The translations under genes were made by a program, and so were the position numbers. Below are positions 28,378 to 38,942 of a stretch of DNA of 64,000 nucleotides, piece by piece. Each line of letters starts with the position of its first letter. Position 1 is the first letter of the stretch. The DNA is from Fibrobacterales bacterium. GTDB lineage: Bacteria > Fibrobacterota > Fibrobacteria > Fibrobacterales > JAOPTW01. The stretch covers positions 24,736 to 88,735 of the forward strand of contig JAOPTX010000057.1 in NCBI GenBank assembly GCA_051532055.1, read 5' to 3'. The notes under the pieces are model-generated. The model was not told the DNA's origin, made no database searches, and was given only the letters and a program-made list of their open reading frames with translations.

Positions 28378-29178
28378 TTATCGGTTGAGGGAAGACTGAC
28401 TGACTCGTGATCTTCTATTACCAACAAATGCACTTTCCAATTTATGTTTCTTTAATACTGAATAGAGTTTACTCGAAAAAGCTGGTGAATCAATAACTGC
28501 ATTAAAGGCTTTTACAAAACCAACACTTACCAGTTTCTTGTTAAATCCGACATAGTAGTATATTTCCTTATAGTCACTATTGTACACAACATTGTGAAGT
28601 TGTAATTCATGAACCAGATACTCTCCTACACTTTTATTTGAAAATACTGCATCAACACGTGCACGATTAAGTTTTTTAAATCCAGAGACACTGTCATATC
28701 GTAAATCTATTTTCATGCTTGGCACATTGTCTTTTATTGAGAGTAGGGTTGAATGGGTGTTTGATGGGCCATAGACGCCTATCGTCTTACCGTGAACATT
28801 TTGCATTGAATTGATTTTGAAATCATGATTCTTGTGAGTAAAAAAACCATATTCAGTTTTTAAAAGAGGTCGACTAAAGTGGAGCCATTTTTCTCGATCT
28901 TTATTTTTACCAATGACAAAAAGTGCGTCGGCTACTTCGGTATAGACCTCTTCTTGTGCTCGTGGCCACGGGAGGCTTTTAACTTTACAGGGGATAGAAA
29001 GTTCTTTACAGATCAAATAAATAATTTTTGTTACTGGACCAGCGATGGTGTTATTTTCTGAATAATGAAACGGGGGAAATTCTTGAGTATTAAATACTAA
29101 GGTATCATTGACGGTACTTTGAGCATTTAATGGAATAATAAAAAAGATGAGGAGGTATTTGCTTAATGTGTATAACAT
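28378..29178 (-). CDS. Family 3 solute-binding protein (orphan)
   Basis: Signal peptide; EFPPFHY, LPWPRAQ, REKWLHFS, KLNRARVDA. Confidence 0.88.
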   Translation of the reverse strand: MLYTLSKYLLIFFIIPLNAQSTVNDTLVFNTQEFPPFHYSENNTIAGPVTKIIYLICKELSIPCKVKSLPWPRAQEEVYTEVADALFVIGKNKDREKWLHFSRPLLKTEYGFFTHKNHDFKINSMQNVHGKTIGVYGPSNTHSTLLSIKDNVPSMKIDLRYDSVSGFKKLNRARVDAVFSNKSVGEYLVHELQLHNVVYNSDYKEIYYYVGFNKKLVSVGFVKAFNAVIDSPAFSSKLYSVLKKHKLESAFVGNRRSRVSQSSLNR

Positions 29179-29376
29179 ACATAGCTTGAATTATAGGCTC
29201 TTTATACAACATACATTATGGAGAGAATTTTGTATATACAGAAATATTATTCCCTGAATTCAACGATGAATGTATCTGAATCTTTGACAAAGATGGTGAA
29301 CAAAGTGAACATATTTTGCTCCCTTGGTTAAAATCTAAAATAAATCTATACGTTTACTGAACGATTATGGTGTTGC

Positions 29377-29922
29377 TTACATTGAAAGTCTATCAAACGA
29401 GGCACATGGTGTAGGAATTACTTTGTTGGGAAGTACAGATCTTTTAGCACGGTGAGTCACCTTTATAGGGATGGTAAAACAAAAAGACTGATAAGAGCCT
29501 GTGTTCAGTGGAATACCAAGTTTAAACATTTTGATCCGTCCATTCGGTTGGAATTTTTCAATATAGTCATATTTGTTTTTAAGGAGGAGTGTTCTGGCGG
29601 AAGAAGAAAAGTCAATACTTGTTGTAAGAGATGAATCAAGAATTACTGGTGATGTTTTAGGGAGGCGTAATTCAACTTTTCCATCAGCTTCAACTAAATA
29701 GCTGTTCTTTGGTTTGAGTAAAAACCGTTGATTAGGGAGGTTCTTATAGCTTTGAAAACGCATTTTACGAACACCACAGATTTCTCTAAAAGAGGGTTCG
29801 AAATCAAGATCGATCTCTTTACACATTTCGATCTGTTGTTGAGTTAATTGCTGTTGTGGAGCGCTACAGTTAATGGTTAAGAGCAGCAATAGGGTAATGA
29901 AAATGGGAGAGAGCGTATGCAT
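29377..29922 (-). CDS. Hypothetical lipoprotein
   Basis: Hydrophobic signal ending TINC-S; basic mature protein. Confidence 0.65.
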   Translation of the reverse strand: MHTLSPIFITLLLLLTINCSAPQQQLTQQQIEMCKEIDLDFEPSFREICGVRKMRFQSYKNLPNQRFLLKPKNSYLVEADGKVELRLPKTSPVILDSSLTTSIDFSSSARTLLLKNKYDYIEKFQPNGRIKMFKLGIPLNTGSYQSFCFTIPIKVTHRAKRSVLPNKVIPTPCASFDRLSM

Positions 29923-29933
29923 AGATTTAATAT

Positions 29934-30884
29934 TTGTTACATTTGTTGATAAATATATATAAACGGGTAGAAACTATCTCTTTCATTTTAGGAACATGGT
30001 CTTTTTCAAAGGTAGATTGGGGGAGTCAGTTGGGTTTTTCTCGAAATACTCTCGAAGGTATTCTTGAAAAAGGACTTGAAAGTGGTATTTCGCAAATGGA
30101 TACTGCGCCCATATATGGGCTGAATCAGGTTGAACAGGATATTGGATCATTGAAAGTATCTCAACGGTATCAAGTAGGGTCTAAATTTGGTTTATCTTGG
30201 GGTTCGCCCTATTCCCATAAAAATATCAAGATAGAGTTTACTTCTGATTCAATTATTTCTGAATGCGAAGCAAGTTTACGCCGTCTTAATCGCGAGCAAC
30301 TATCTCATTATTTTCTTCATTACGGCCCATTTGGTGGATTGTCAACTGAACATGTTGAGAGTATAGCCAATGCGATCTTACAGCTAAAAGAGAGTGGAAA
30401 AATTGCTGCCTTCGGGATTGCAAATTGTAGCCTTGAAGATGTTCATGCTATACAATCACTGTGTTCTGTTGATGCTATTCAATTCGAATGTAGTGCCTAC
30501 AAAAAATGGGCACTGAGTAAATTTGAAACACTTCTTGCACAGAGTGATAGAGAACATTGGGTATATTCGCCCCTTGCTCGTGGACTTCTCAGTGGTAAAT
30601 ATCACTCAAAAGATCAATTAGATGCAGAGGATCATAGGCTTAGGCTTAAATGGTTCAAAGATCAAGAGCTCAATTCGGTTCAGCAGAAGTTACAAACGAT
30701 AGCGGGGCTCAAAATCAAATATAACTGCAGTTATAGTAGTCTTTTTATCAGTTGGCTACAGCAAAGGCTTCCTTCTGCTCAAGTGCTTTTGGGGGTACGT
30801 TCGATTGACCAGCTTCTGAGTAACTGTATTCTTGTTCCTTTAGATAAAGCTGATTATCATAGAATTGATCAACTCTTTGATTAA
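29934..30884 (+). CDS. Aldo/keto reductase; start uncertain
   Basis: LGTW, MDTAPIYG, SKFG, CEASLRRL, YSPLARGLLSGKY. Confidence 0.85.
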   Translation: MLHLLINIYKRVETISFILGTWSFSKVDWGSQLGFSRNTLEGILEKGLESGISQMDTAPIYGLNQVEQDIGSLKVSQRYQVGSKFGLSWGSPYSHKNIKIEFTSDSIISECEASLRRLNREQLSHYFLHYGPFGGLSTEHVESIANAILQLKESGKIAAFGIANCSLEDVHAIQSLCSVDAIQFECSAYKKWALSKFETLLAQSDREHWVYSPLARGLLSGKYHSKDQLDAEDHRLRLKWFKDQELNSVQQKLQTIAGLKIKYNCSYSSLFISWLQQRLPSAQVLLGVRSIDQLLSNCILVPLDKADYHRIDQLFD

Positions 30885-31516
30885 AAATTGAGATGTTGAA
30901 AAAACTCAGGTCTATGAAAATCAGGTTTTGAACATTCGATCGGAAAATAACTTACCCAATGAGGCTGAGTTAGTTTGTCACCACATTTATAAACATTGCC
31001 ATTGACTGGGTACTCTTTTAAAGATCTATCAGGAGGGAGTCCAAAAAGCACTCCAGGTATTTCCAATAAAAGTTGCCACTTATTGTCACGATTAATACTC
31101 GCTGGTAGTGTAGTAGGGTCAGATGAAATAATAGAACCACTTCGCTGTATTTTTTTTAAGAGTGTGGTTGGTTTGTAGAGTCGTTGATATCGGTTAGGCC
31201 CTGTTTGAGAAAGGAGTGTACCTGCAGCATTGGATTCAAAATTGTGATAGACCTCTGGTTGTGAAAGGTCTTGCAAAAAAAGTTCTACACAGGAATCTTC
31301 AAATACCGGTTCATTATCACATGAATAGGTTATACGCGTTTCTTTTTCTTGAACAGTAAATAGGATTGAGAGCGCGCTATCACTGATAGCAATTTGAAAT
31401 TGAACGACTACCGGAGCAATTCCCCCTTGAACATGGGAAAGTATCGATGGAGTCATTTGAGTTATTGCTGAATAGTTTGGATCTAGAGTATCTAACGGAG
31501 TTTTATAGTATATCAT
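30881..31516 (-). CDS. Carbohydrate-binding family 9-like (DOMON-like) protein
   Basis: VFEDSCVELF, NFESNAAG, NVYKCGD, PHW, PDFHRPEFF. Confidence 0.88.
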   Translation of the reverse strand: MIYYKTPLDTLDPNYSAITQMTPSILSHVQGGIAPVVVQFQIAISDSALSILFTVQEKETRITYSCDNEPVFEDSCVELFLQDLSQPEVYHNFESNAAGTLLSQTGPNRYQRLYKPTTLLKKIQRSGSIISSDPTTLPASINRDNKWQLLLEIPGVLFGLPPDRSLKEYPVNGNVYKCGDKLTQPHWVSYFPIECSKPDFHRPEFFQHLNF

Positions 31517-31670
31517 CGTATTTCAACTGTTACAAAAGGCTCAAGGAGAATGATAGATATTTATTGTTCCTTTTTAGGTTGAATACTTTGGGTGGTGGTT
31601 AAAAAAGAGTGTAAATACCTTGTCTTGTGGGTTGAGAGACCGTATAATAATACAAATTACAAAGGTCACC

Positions 31671-32054
31671 ATGGCTCAATATACCGTCAAAGCAGACACT
31701 ACTAAAAACATCCTCTACCTGAGTATGGATGGTTTTTTTGAGCATTCTGGAATTCAAGAAATTTCGGATGCAATTGTAAGAGAGTTGTCTAAATTGGAAC
31801 CTGGATATGGTTTTATAAATGACGTTTCTCAATTTAAACCTACTACAGAAGAGGGAGTTGAAGAGATTAAGCAATTACAACTCCGAATGTATAATAATGG
31901 TCTTGGAAAAGTCGTTCGGGTGGTGGGTGAATCGCTTATGAGTAAACTACAGTTTGAACGAAAGTCAAAAGAAGTTGGATATAGTGCTGATCATGTACAA
32001 TCAATCTCAGAAGCAGAAGAGATTATAAAAGCCCATATGCAGCAAGAACAATAA
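31671..32054 (+). CDS. Hypothetical STAS/SEC14-like small protein; ORF open from 31620
   Basis: KNILYLSMDGFF...INDVSQFKP...KVVRVV...SISEAE pattern; AAAGG RBS. Confidence 0.65.
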   Translation: MAQYTVKADTTKNILYLSMDGFFEHSGIQEISDAIVRELSKLEPGYGFINDVSQFKPTTEEGVEEIKQLQLRMYNNGLGKVVRVVGESLMSKLQFERKSKEVGYSADHVQSISEAEEIIKAHMQQEQ

Positions 32055-32093
32055 TTACTATCTATAATACAATCCCTTTTTAATGAGTATCTC

Positions 32094-33287
32094 ATGAAAA
32101 AAATCGTCATCATTGGTGGTGGTATTAGTGGTTTAAGTTTTGCACATTACTGTGCTGAAGCGGGAATGTATGTCACGCTTCTTGAAAAAACTCAAAGGGT
32201 CGGCGGGGCAATAGAGACGGTTGAACAGCGCGATTCAATTCTAGAAATGGGCGCCCATACCTGCTATAACTCTTATGGAAATTTTATTCATCTTGGTGAA
32301 CTCATTGGTTCGATGCAATCTGTTGTGCAGCGATCAAAGCATCCTTATAAAGTATGGAGTGGTGGAGTACTGAAATCCATTATGTCTCAGTTTAATTTTT
32401 TAGAGCTGATACTTTCGGTTAAAAATATGCTCATGGTAAAGCGTGATAATCGAACGGTGTCCGAGTATTTTTCAAAACTCCTCGGTAAAAAAAATTATGC
32501 GAATCTATTCCATTATTTTATGCAGGCGGTTGTTTGTCAGGACGCTGATGACTTTCCTGCTAAAATGGTATTTCGTAAAAAGCCTCGAAATAAAAAATAT
32601 CCCAAGAGTTATTTCTTTAAAGGGGGGCTTCAAAAAGTAATAGAGAAGCTATCACAGCAAGAGAGTGTTGCCATTGAATATGGGGTGGAGATTACATCGG
32701 TTAATTCGAACGATTCGAGCGTTCGAATTGTGACAGGGGCCCATGGTGAATATCAGGCAGATTTTGTTGTTGTGGCAACACCTGCAGAGGATGCGGGTCG
32801 GGTCCTGAATGATTGGAATGCTCAACTTGCTACAATGCTCATATCAATTAAGTCTGCGTTAGTTGAGTCTGTGGGAGTAACGATACTGAGAGATAAACTT
32901 GCTATTCCAATGGTTTCAGGAGTTGTGGGATTAGAGGCTCCTTTCTATTCAATGGTAAGTGGTGATGCAATATCTGAACCCGACTCCAAGATGCGTTCAT
33001 TTGTATTTCATTTCAAACCCAATAATCTCGGTGAGAATGAAAAGAAAAGAGAGATTGCACATGTGCTTGGTGTTGAGGAGTCAGAGCTTGGTTCTTTGAT
33101 TGTAAAACAGAATAGGTTGCCTACGTTGGGATCCAATCACATGGACACAATGAATAAGGTGGCTGAGGTGATTCCAGATCGACTTTTTTTGATTGGTAAT
33201 TACTTTCTTGGTTCATCACTTGAAGACTGTATGCAGCGTTCTCGTGATGAATTTAGACGATTGATTGGTGAAATCCTCCCCAAGTAG
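32094..33287 (+). CDS. FAD-dependent oxidoreductase, HemY-like (proto/coproporphyrinogen oxidase family)
   Basis: IIGGGISGL, RVGG, EMGAHT, GNYFLGSSLEDC. Confidence 0.75.
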   Translation: MKKIVIIGGGISGLSFAHYCAEAGMYVTLLEKTQRVGGAIETVEQRDSILEMGAHTCYNSYGNFIHLGELIGSMQSVVQRSKHPYKVWSGGVLKSIMSQFNFLELILSVKNMLMVKRDNRTVSEYFSKLLGKKNYANLFHYFMQAVVCQDADDFPAKMVFRKKPRNKKYPKSYFFKGGLQKVIEKLSQQESVAIEYGVEITSVNSNDSSVRIVTGAHGEYQADFVVVATPAEDAGRVLNDWNAQLATMLISIKSALVESVGVTILRDKLAIPMVSGVVGLEAPFYSMVSGDAISEPDSKMRSFVFHFKPNNLGENEKKREIAHVLGVEESELGSLIVKQNRLPTLGSNHMDTMNKVAEVIPDRLFLIGNYFLGSSLEDCMQRSRDEFRRLIGEILPK

Positions 33288-33296
33288 GGGAGGGTA

Positions 33297-34604
33297 TTAT
33301 TTCTGACCAGTGTAATCGAGTATCGCTTGTTTCATTGTCGAAAAGATGTGTTGAAGGCGCTCTTCATTTTCTTCAAGAATAGTGACTCGGAAGCCAAGTA
33401 ACTCAGAGCAAAATGATGAAATAGGAACAACAACAATACCTGTAGCTCCTAAGAGATAGTATACAAATCGTTTATCAAGTTCAATGCCTGGTTTACTAAC
33501 CCACTGTTCAACGAGATTTTTGATGGCATCATTTTCTATAGGGAGAGTTTGAGTGGCCGTTAATAGTTCTTTTTCAAATACAATAGTGTTGTAAAAAGCA
33601 CCTTTAGTTTCGTTTACTAATAACCCAGGAATACCACTGAGATGCGCATTAATTTGTTTAGATCGTTTACCGATCTCTTCATTCTTTTTCTGACGATAAG
33701 GGAGATATCGAGGATCCCCCATAATTTTTGGAATAGCCATTTGAGGAAGTGTCGTTGAGCACACTTCAATCATTTTAGCATCATCAAGTACTCGACACAT
33801 TTTATTGAATTGTACATCTTGTTCGCGATTATAAAATTCAAGCCAACCGCAACGAGAGCCAGGCCATGGAAACTCTTTAGATATTCCCCTCAGAGACATT
33901 CCCGGAACGTCTTCAATGATTTCAGCAAGACGAATTGCTTTTTCACCATTGTAGTAGATATTTGAATAGACCTCATCTGAAAGAAGAAATAAGTTGTATT
34001 TCTGGGCGAGGCGTACAAATTTCTTTAGAATTTCACGTGGATATACCATTCCTGTGGGATTATCAGGATTAATAATCAAAATACCCACAATGTTTGGGTT
34101 GTACTTTACTTGATTCTCTAAGTTTTCAAAATCGGGATACCAACTGTTTTTAGGGTCGAGCTTGTAGGTCAGTGGGTGACTTTGGGATTTTGCTGCCTCG
34201 GCAGAAGAGTGGGTGCTGTATGCAGGAGAAGGTCCAATTACTCGAGATGAAGGGATGAGATACTGATAAATTTTGGCAATGGCATCACCGAGACCGTTAA
34301 AAAAGAGAATATCCTCAGCAGTTATCTGTACGCCGTTGAGCGAGTTGGTGAGTGCTGCTAAAAATTCACGGGTCTCAAGGATTCCTTTTGAGTGGCAGTA
34401 TCCATAGCTTTGATCGTCTTGTACAAGGTTAGATACAATCTCTTTCATCCAGGCAGGGAGCGTTGCATGCTTTTGAATTGGGTCACCGATATTTTCCCAA
34501 AATATCTCTTGACCGCAATCTCTAACGAAATAAGCTTTTTTAACAATCTCTCTAATCTCGTAAGAGAGTTCTTTGGTGCCTTCCTGCAGTAGTTTCTGTC
34601 TCAT
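33297..34604 (-). CDS. PLP-dependent class I/II aminotransferase (AlaA-like); ORF open from 34703
   Basis: LSYEIR, NIGDP, INPDNPTG, SDEVY, GISKEFPWPGSRCGW. Confidence 0.9.
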   Translation of the reverse strand: MRQKLLQEGTKELSYEIREIVKKAYFVRDCGQEIFWENIGDPIQKHATLPAWMKEIVSNLVQDDQSYGYCHSKGILETREFLAALTNSLNGVQITAEDILFFNGLGDAIAKIYQYLIPSSRVIGPSPAYSTHSSAEAAKSQSHPLTYKLDPKNSWYPDFENLENQVKYNPNIVGILIINPDNPTGMVYPREILKKFVRLAQKYNLFLLSDEVYSNIYYNGEKAIRLAEIIEDVPGMSLRGISKEFPWPGSRCGWLEFYNREQDVQFNKMCRVLDDAKMIEVCSTTLPQMAIPKIMGDPRYLPYRQKKNEEIGKRSKQINAHLSGIPGLLVNETKGAFYNTIVFEKELLTATQTLPIENDAIKNLVEQWVSKPGIELDKRFVYYLLGATGIVVVPISSFCSELLGFRVTILEENEERLQHIFSTMKQAILDYTGQK

Positions 34605-34815
34605 AAGTTCCTCTGTTTCGCCTAAAATTAAAAAAAACGCATAATTAACGGGAGTAATTATCGCGAAGCCCTTTAAATAGTCGACTATGTGACAAAATAA
34701 CACTAAGTGAGTGTAAATTAAAGTTTACAATATGGGAGGGGGGGATAAAGGATTTGCTATTGTAGACAAATAATCTTAATTTAATCGGGTATGCTACACG
34801 AGGGGTGTGAATAGA

Positions 34816-36309
34816 ATGAAATATTTATTGATAACGGCTATGGTTATTGTATTTGGGTGCTCAGATGAAAAGGCCCTGTTTTCTGGTGAATTGACAAGTG
34901 ATTGTAATGATATAGAAGGGCAGAAGTATGATGAATGTCTTGATGTTGTGGAAAATGACAGTGTAGACAATGATAAAAGTAATGCGCCTCATAGTAGTGT
35001 TTCTTCTTCAGACGAAAATGATAATCCCGATGAGCTAAGTTCTTCTTCTAATGAAAATAGTCAGGTGAGTAGTGATATAAATGACAATAAGTCAGATGTT
35101 ATTCTCCCACCGGTAACTAATGATAAGTCTTCTTCGTCTACTACTAAAAACTCTTCAAGCGACAAACAATCAGACAATCCACGATATATTGATCCCGATA
35201 TTGACGTTACGCCGACGGGCACTCCAAACTGGCTTTCAAGAAAGGGAGCCTCTTTGTATGATTCAAAAGGGAATAAAGTTCGTTTAACGGGAGTGAATTG
35301 GTTTGGCTTTGAAACATCTGCTAAGGTAATGCATGGGTTATGGACGGCAGACTATAAGGATATGTTACAGTTGATGGTTGATTTGGGTTTTAATTCAATT
35401 AGGATTCCTTGGTCAAATGTTATTATTGGTGATGATAGCCCGGTTGAAGTAAATGCAAATAATATTAATGCTGAATTAGTTGGCAAAAACCCTATTGAGG
35501 CATTAGTTATCATTGCCAATGAGGCACAGCGACTCGGGTTGAAAATTATATTAGATAACCATTCTCGAGTAAATGATGCATACATGACTGAAGATCTTTG
35601 GTACACAGAATCTTTTTCTGAAAAGCAGTGGATAGATGATTGGAAATACATTGCTGATGTGTTTAAAGATAATGATGCGGTAATAGCGATGGACCTCAAT
35701 AATGAGCCCCATGATCGGGCAACGTGGGGGAGTGGAGATCCTGAGCTTGACTGGGCAATGGCTTCAGAGAAATGTGGTAACGCGATATTAGAGGTTAATC
35801 CCAATGTGTTAATAATGATAGAAGGGGTTGAAGGCTGGGATGGCATGGATACTCCAGAAGGTGAAGGATACTGGTGGGGTGGAAGTCTTGTTGGTGTCAA
35901 GGATCGCCCGATTGAGCTTACCAATTCTGAAAAACTTGTGTATTCACCTCATGAGTATGGGCCAACTGTTTTTGAGCAAGAGTGGTTCAAGGCTGATGAT
36001 TTCCCTGATAATATGGCTGGTATTTGGGATACTCAGTTTGGGTTTATTGCTAAGGAGGGTGAGGGTCACTTGTTTATAGGTGAGCTCGGTATCAAAGGAA
36101 AAGGTGGTAAGGATGAGGTGTGGTTTGATACCTTTCTAAAGTATATGGATGAGTCAAAAGAGGCTTACTCGTGGACGTTTTGGGCGTGGAACCCAAATTC
36201 GGGTGATACTGGTGGCATTCTTGAGTATGACTGGAAGACTGTTGTAGAGTGGAAGGTAGATTACCTCAAACCTTATTTGGCTCCCCTCATAGGTAATGGA
36301 AACGGTTAA
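34816..36309 (+). CDS. GH5 endoglucanase lipoprotein with Ser/Asp-rich linker
   Basis: Lipobox VFGC; GVNWFGFET, NSIRIPW, ILDNH, NNEPH (acid/base), YSPHEYGP, IGELG (nucleophile), WNPNSGDTGG. Confidence 0.94.
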   Translation: MKYLLITAMVIVFGCSDEKALFSGELTSDCNDIEGQKYDECLDVVENDSVDNDKSNAPHSSVSSSDENDNPDELSSSSNENSQVSSDINDNKSDVILPPVTNDKSSSSTTKNSSSDKQSDNPRYIDPDIDVTPTGTPNWLSRKGASLYDSKGNKVRLTGVNWFGFETSAKVMHGLWTADYKDMLQLMVDLGFNSIRIPWSNVIIGDDSPVEVNANNINAELVGKNPIEALVIIANEAQRLGLKIILDNHSRVNDAYMTEDLWYTESFSEKQWIDDWKYIADVFKDNDAVIAMDLNNEPHDRATWGSGDPELDWAMASEKCGNAILEVNPNVLIMIEGVEGWDGMDTPEGEGYWWGGSLVGVKDRPIELTNSEKLVYSPHEYGPTVFEQEWFKADDFPDNMAGIWDTQFGFIAKEGEGHLFIGELGIKGKGGKDEVWFDTFLKYMDESKEAYSWTFWAWNPNSGDTGGILEYDWKTVVEWKVDYLKPYLAPLIGNGNG

Positions 36310-36439
36310 TGCAAATAACCGAATGTGGTAATACTGATCCGATCGAGAATATAGTGTTTACGTAAAATTAACAGTAAGTGTGGGTGTATTCACTCACTAA
36401 AATAAGATTAAAATTGAGATTAGTTCATACTATTTTAAT

Positions 36440-36471
36440 AAAAAGGAGCGGGGTAAACCCGTTCCTTTTTT
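36440..36471 (+). terminator. Rho-independent terminator (possibly bidirectional)
   Basis: AAAAAGGAGCGGG-GTAAA-CCCGTTCCTTTTT. Confidence 0.8.
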
Positions 36472-36793
36472 GATTATATTTGAATGGATAGTTGGGCTCT
36501 GAGGTAAGTATGCTGAGAGGGCTTGTAGACACTAAATCATCTAGTAGCAAGTGTGATTTCGAGGCTGGCTTTGTGAAGTGGCTCCATAGGATGGGGGATG
36601 GTAGATTGTTGATTGGTTGTTGTATTTTTGATATTTATAGCTAATTGAGTCCATATGGAGTGTAAAGTACGAATTTACATTGGGGTTTCGTTGAGGGCGT
36701 TGCTGAATCACTAAAAAGCCTCAAATTAAGATAATTTGCGTGCACTGTAGACTATTTTATATTATATTACAGGGGGTTCAACGGTTGATCAGT

Positions 36794-37648
36794 ATGGCAG
36801 ATATTTATAATTACCTCGACTATCGGAAGTATCTCAATGACCGATATGAAGAGTTAAAAGACGCTGAAGGTGTTTCTCACCGGATTCTAGGAAAACGCGG
36901 CGGTTTTGACCCCGGCCTTTTTTCAAAAGTAGTAACGGGGCAACGAGACATATCCATGAAAATGGTGGGTAAGTTTATTGATGCGTTCAATATGAGTGAG
37001 AAGGAAGAGGACTACTTTGAAGTTCTTGTGCTTTTTAATCAAGCAAATACACACTCTGAGAAAAAATATCACCTCGAAAGACTCCTCTCTTTCAGTAAAT
37101 GTAAAGTTAAAAAACTGGTAGAGAATCAGTATGAGTACTATGATAAATGGTACTACTCAGCAGTGAGAGAATTGTTGCATTACTATCCTTTTGCAGGTGA
37201 TTTTGAGGATCTCGCAGATACCCTTATCCCTAAAATTAAGGTACGTGAAGCCAAAAAAGCAATTGAACTTCTTGTGGGCCTTGATATGGTTACTCAGAAC
37301 GAAGAAGGGCAATATGTCCTAACCGATGCTCTTATCACAAGTGGATATGAGACTCATTCAACAGCTATAAATAACTATGTGCTTTCAGGGATTTCTATGG
37401 CTCAAGATGCTCTTGATCTCTTTAAGCCTCATGAACGGAATTTATCTTCTATAACATTCAATTATACCGAAGAAGAACTCCCTGAACTCATCGAAAAATT
37501 TAGATCTTTCAGAAAAGACCTCATGCAAATGATTACACGGACGCCAAAAGCAAATCGTGTATTTCAGTTTAATATGCAGCTCTTTCCTCTTTCTATGCCT
37601 TATCCAAAGCCGGTCCGTCCGGGACCCAAAAAAGGGGGTAAAAAATGA
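36794..37648 (+). CDS. TIGR02147 family protein (N-terminal HTH-like, C-terminal DUF4423-like); ORF open from 36740
   Basis: IYNYLDYRKYL, YFEVLVLFNQA, QYEYYDKWYYSAVREL, ERNLSSIT, VFQFNMQLFPLS. Confidence 0.88.
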   Translation: MADIYNYLDYRKYLNDRYEELKDAEGVSHRILGKRGGFDPGLFSKVVTGQRDISMKMVGKFIDAFNMSEKEEDYFEVLVLFNQANTHSEKKYHLERLLSFSKCKVKKLVENQYEYYDKWYYSAVRELLHYYPFAGDFEDLADTLIPKIKVREAKKAIELLVGLDMVTQNEEGQYVLTDALITSGYETHSTAINNYVLSGISMAQDALDLFKPHERNLSSITFNYTEEELPELIEKFRSFRKDLMQMITRTPKANRVFQFNMQLFPLSMPYPKPVRPGPKKGGKK

Positions 37649-38934
37649 GAAATGCAATTCGTTTTTTACTGTTAACACTCCTCTCAGTAATTGCTGCGTG
37701 TAGCTTGGGTGACCAGACTCTCGCAGATGGTGGTGGTACTGCTACCGAAACTGAGGCAACTATTGTTGCTAAAATTGTGACTCCAGATGGGGAGCCTGCC
37801 GCAGGCGCTCACGTAATAATACATAAACAAGCAGCACTTTCTGGAAGAGACACTGCAATTGCTCAGACTACCACTGATGATCAAGGGTCATTTTCTGTTA
37901 TCGTTGATAGAGAGGAGACCTACATTGTTGAGGCTAACTATGTGGGGGCTTCTGGTGTCAAAAAGGGAGTTGTGTTTTCTGTAGATGTTGGTGATTTTCC
38001 AGCATATGATTTAGGTAATACAACGCTCAAGGCATTAGGGTCTATTGAAGGGATTGTACATTCGCCTTTTGATTCTGTTGTTGTTTCATTACTTGGTACA
38101 CAATATACGGCACCTGTTGAAGAAGGGGGAGCCTTTACTATACATTCCGTTCCTCATGGACGATATCATGTAAAAGCATATCCTTATGGTAATCCTGATC
38201 ATTCGATGAATACCACATCAGAAGTGCCTGGTATTGTAATGCTCACATTCCCTGAATATAGAGATACATCAGTAATTGATACTCCAATTGTGATTGATAC
38301 AAATGAAGTTGATACCCCTATTGTGGTTGTTCCTGAAGATACGGTAGTTGTTCCTGTAGATACGGTTCCAGAGTTTATTCAAAAGACTCTAATGATTGAT
38401 AATTTTGATAATAAGAGTCAAAAGAGTCTCTTTGGCATAGAAGACTCATCAGGATCTTGGTCTACTTACTCAAATGCTTCATATCAACTAGGCGGTATGC
38501 CATTCGACATATATTTTGATTCAACAGATATTATGGGTGATTCCGGATATAGTTTCTCTATGCGCCTACCCGGTGAGGAGAATAATGGCGTGGCATTTAG
38601 CCTTCAGATGGGTAAAAACTCTGAGGAGTTTGATCTGAGTGCAGTTAAAACTATAGACTTTTGGGCTAAAGGCTCAGGTGTGATCACTGTAGAGTTTAAG
38701 AATGAGGGTGGGGCTGAGGCTGGAATTCTTCCGGTTTCTATGAAAGTACCGCTCATGGAGGAATGGACATTACATTCACTTGATGTCACCCAGTTTTTGG
38801 GTCCCAAAGAGACAACGTGGCAGACGATAAAGAGTGCAATTACTCATATTCACTTTATATCCTACGAGATGACGACTATCACCATTGATGAAATTAGTTT
38901 AACGGGCGTCGATCAGTTCGATTTGGAAAAGTAA
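37645..38934 (+). CDS. Lipoprotein with carboxypeptidase-regulatory-like beta domains and C-terminal CBM11/CIA30-like domain
   Basis: Lipobox IAAC, GGGTATET; GEPAAGAHV..TTTDDQGSF; DT-rich linker; MIDNFD..GSW, DLSAVKTIDFWAKGSG. Confidence 0.72.
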   Translation: MRNAIRFLLLTLLSVIAACSLGDQTLADGGGTATETEATIVAKIVTPDGEPAAGAHVIIHKQAALSGRDTAIAQTTTDDQGSFSVIVDREETYIVEANYVGASGVKKGVVFSVDVGDFPAYDLGNTTLKALGSIEGIVHSPFDSVVVSLLGTQYTAPVEEGGAFTIHSVPHGRYHVKAYPYGNPDHSMNTTSEVPGIVMLTFPEYRDTSVIDTPIVIDTNEVDTPIVVVPEDTVVVPVDTVPEFIQKTLMIDNFDNKSQKSLFGIEDSSGSWSTYSNASYQLGGMPFDIYFDSTDIMGDSGYSFSMRLPGEENNGVAFSLQMGKNSEEFDLSAVKTIDFWAKGSGVITVEFKNEGGAEAGILPVSMKVPLMEEWTLHSLDVTQFLGPKETTWQTIKSAITHIHFISYEMTTITIDEISLTGVDQFDLEK

Positions 38935-38942
38935 ATTTCACT

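Noticed and set aside
35352..35924. 190-aa minus-strand ORF
   Set aside because: Antisense shadow of the GH5 gene; the same applies to most short nested ORFs in the track
36472..36793. Riboswitch or ncRNA in the long spacer before TIGR02147
   Set aside because: Only short weak stems; no recognisable aptamer consensus
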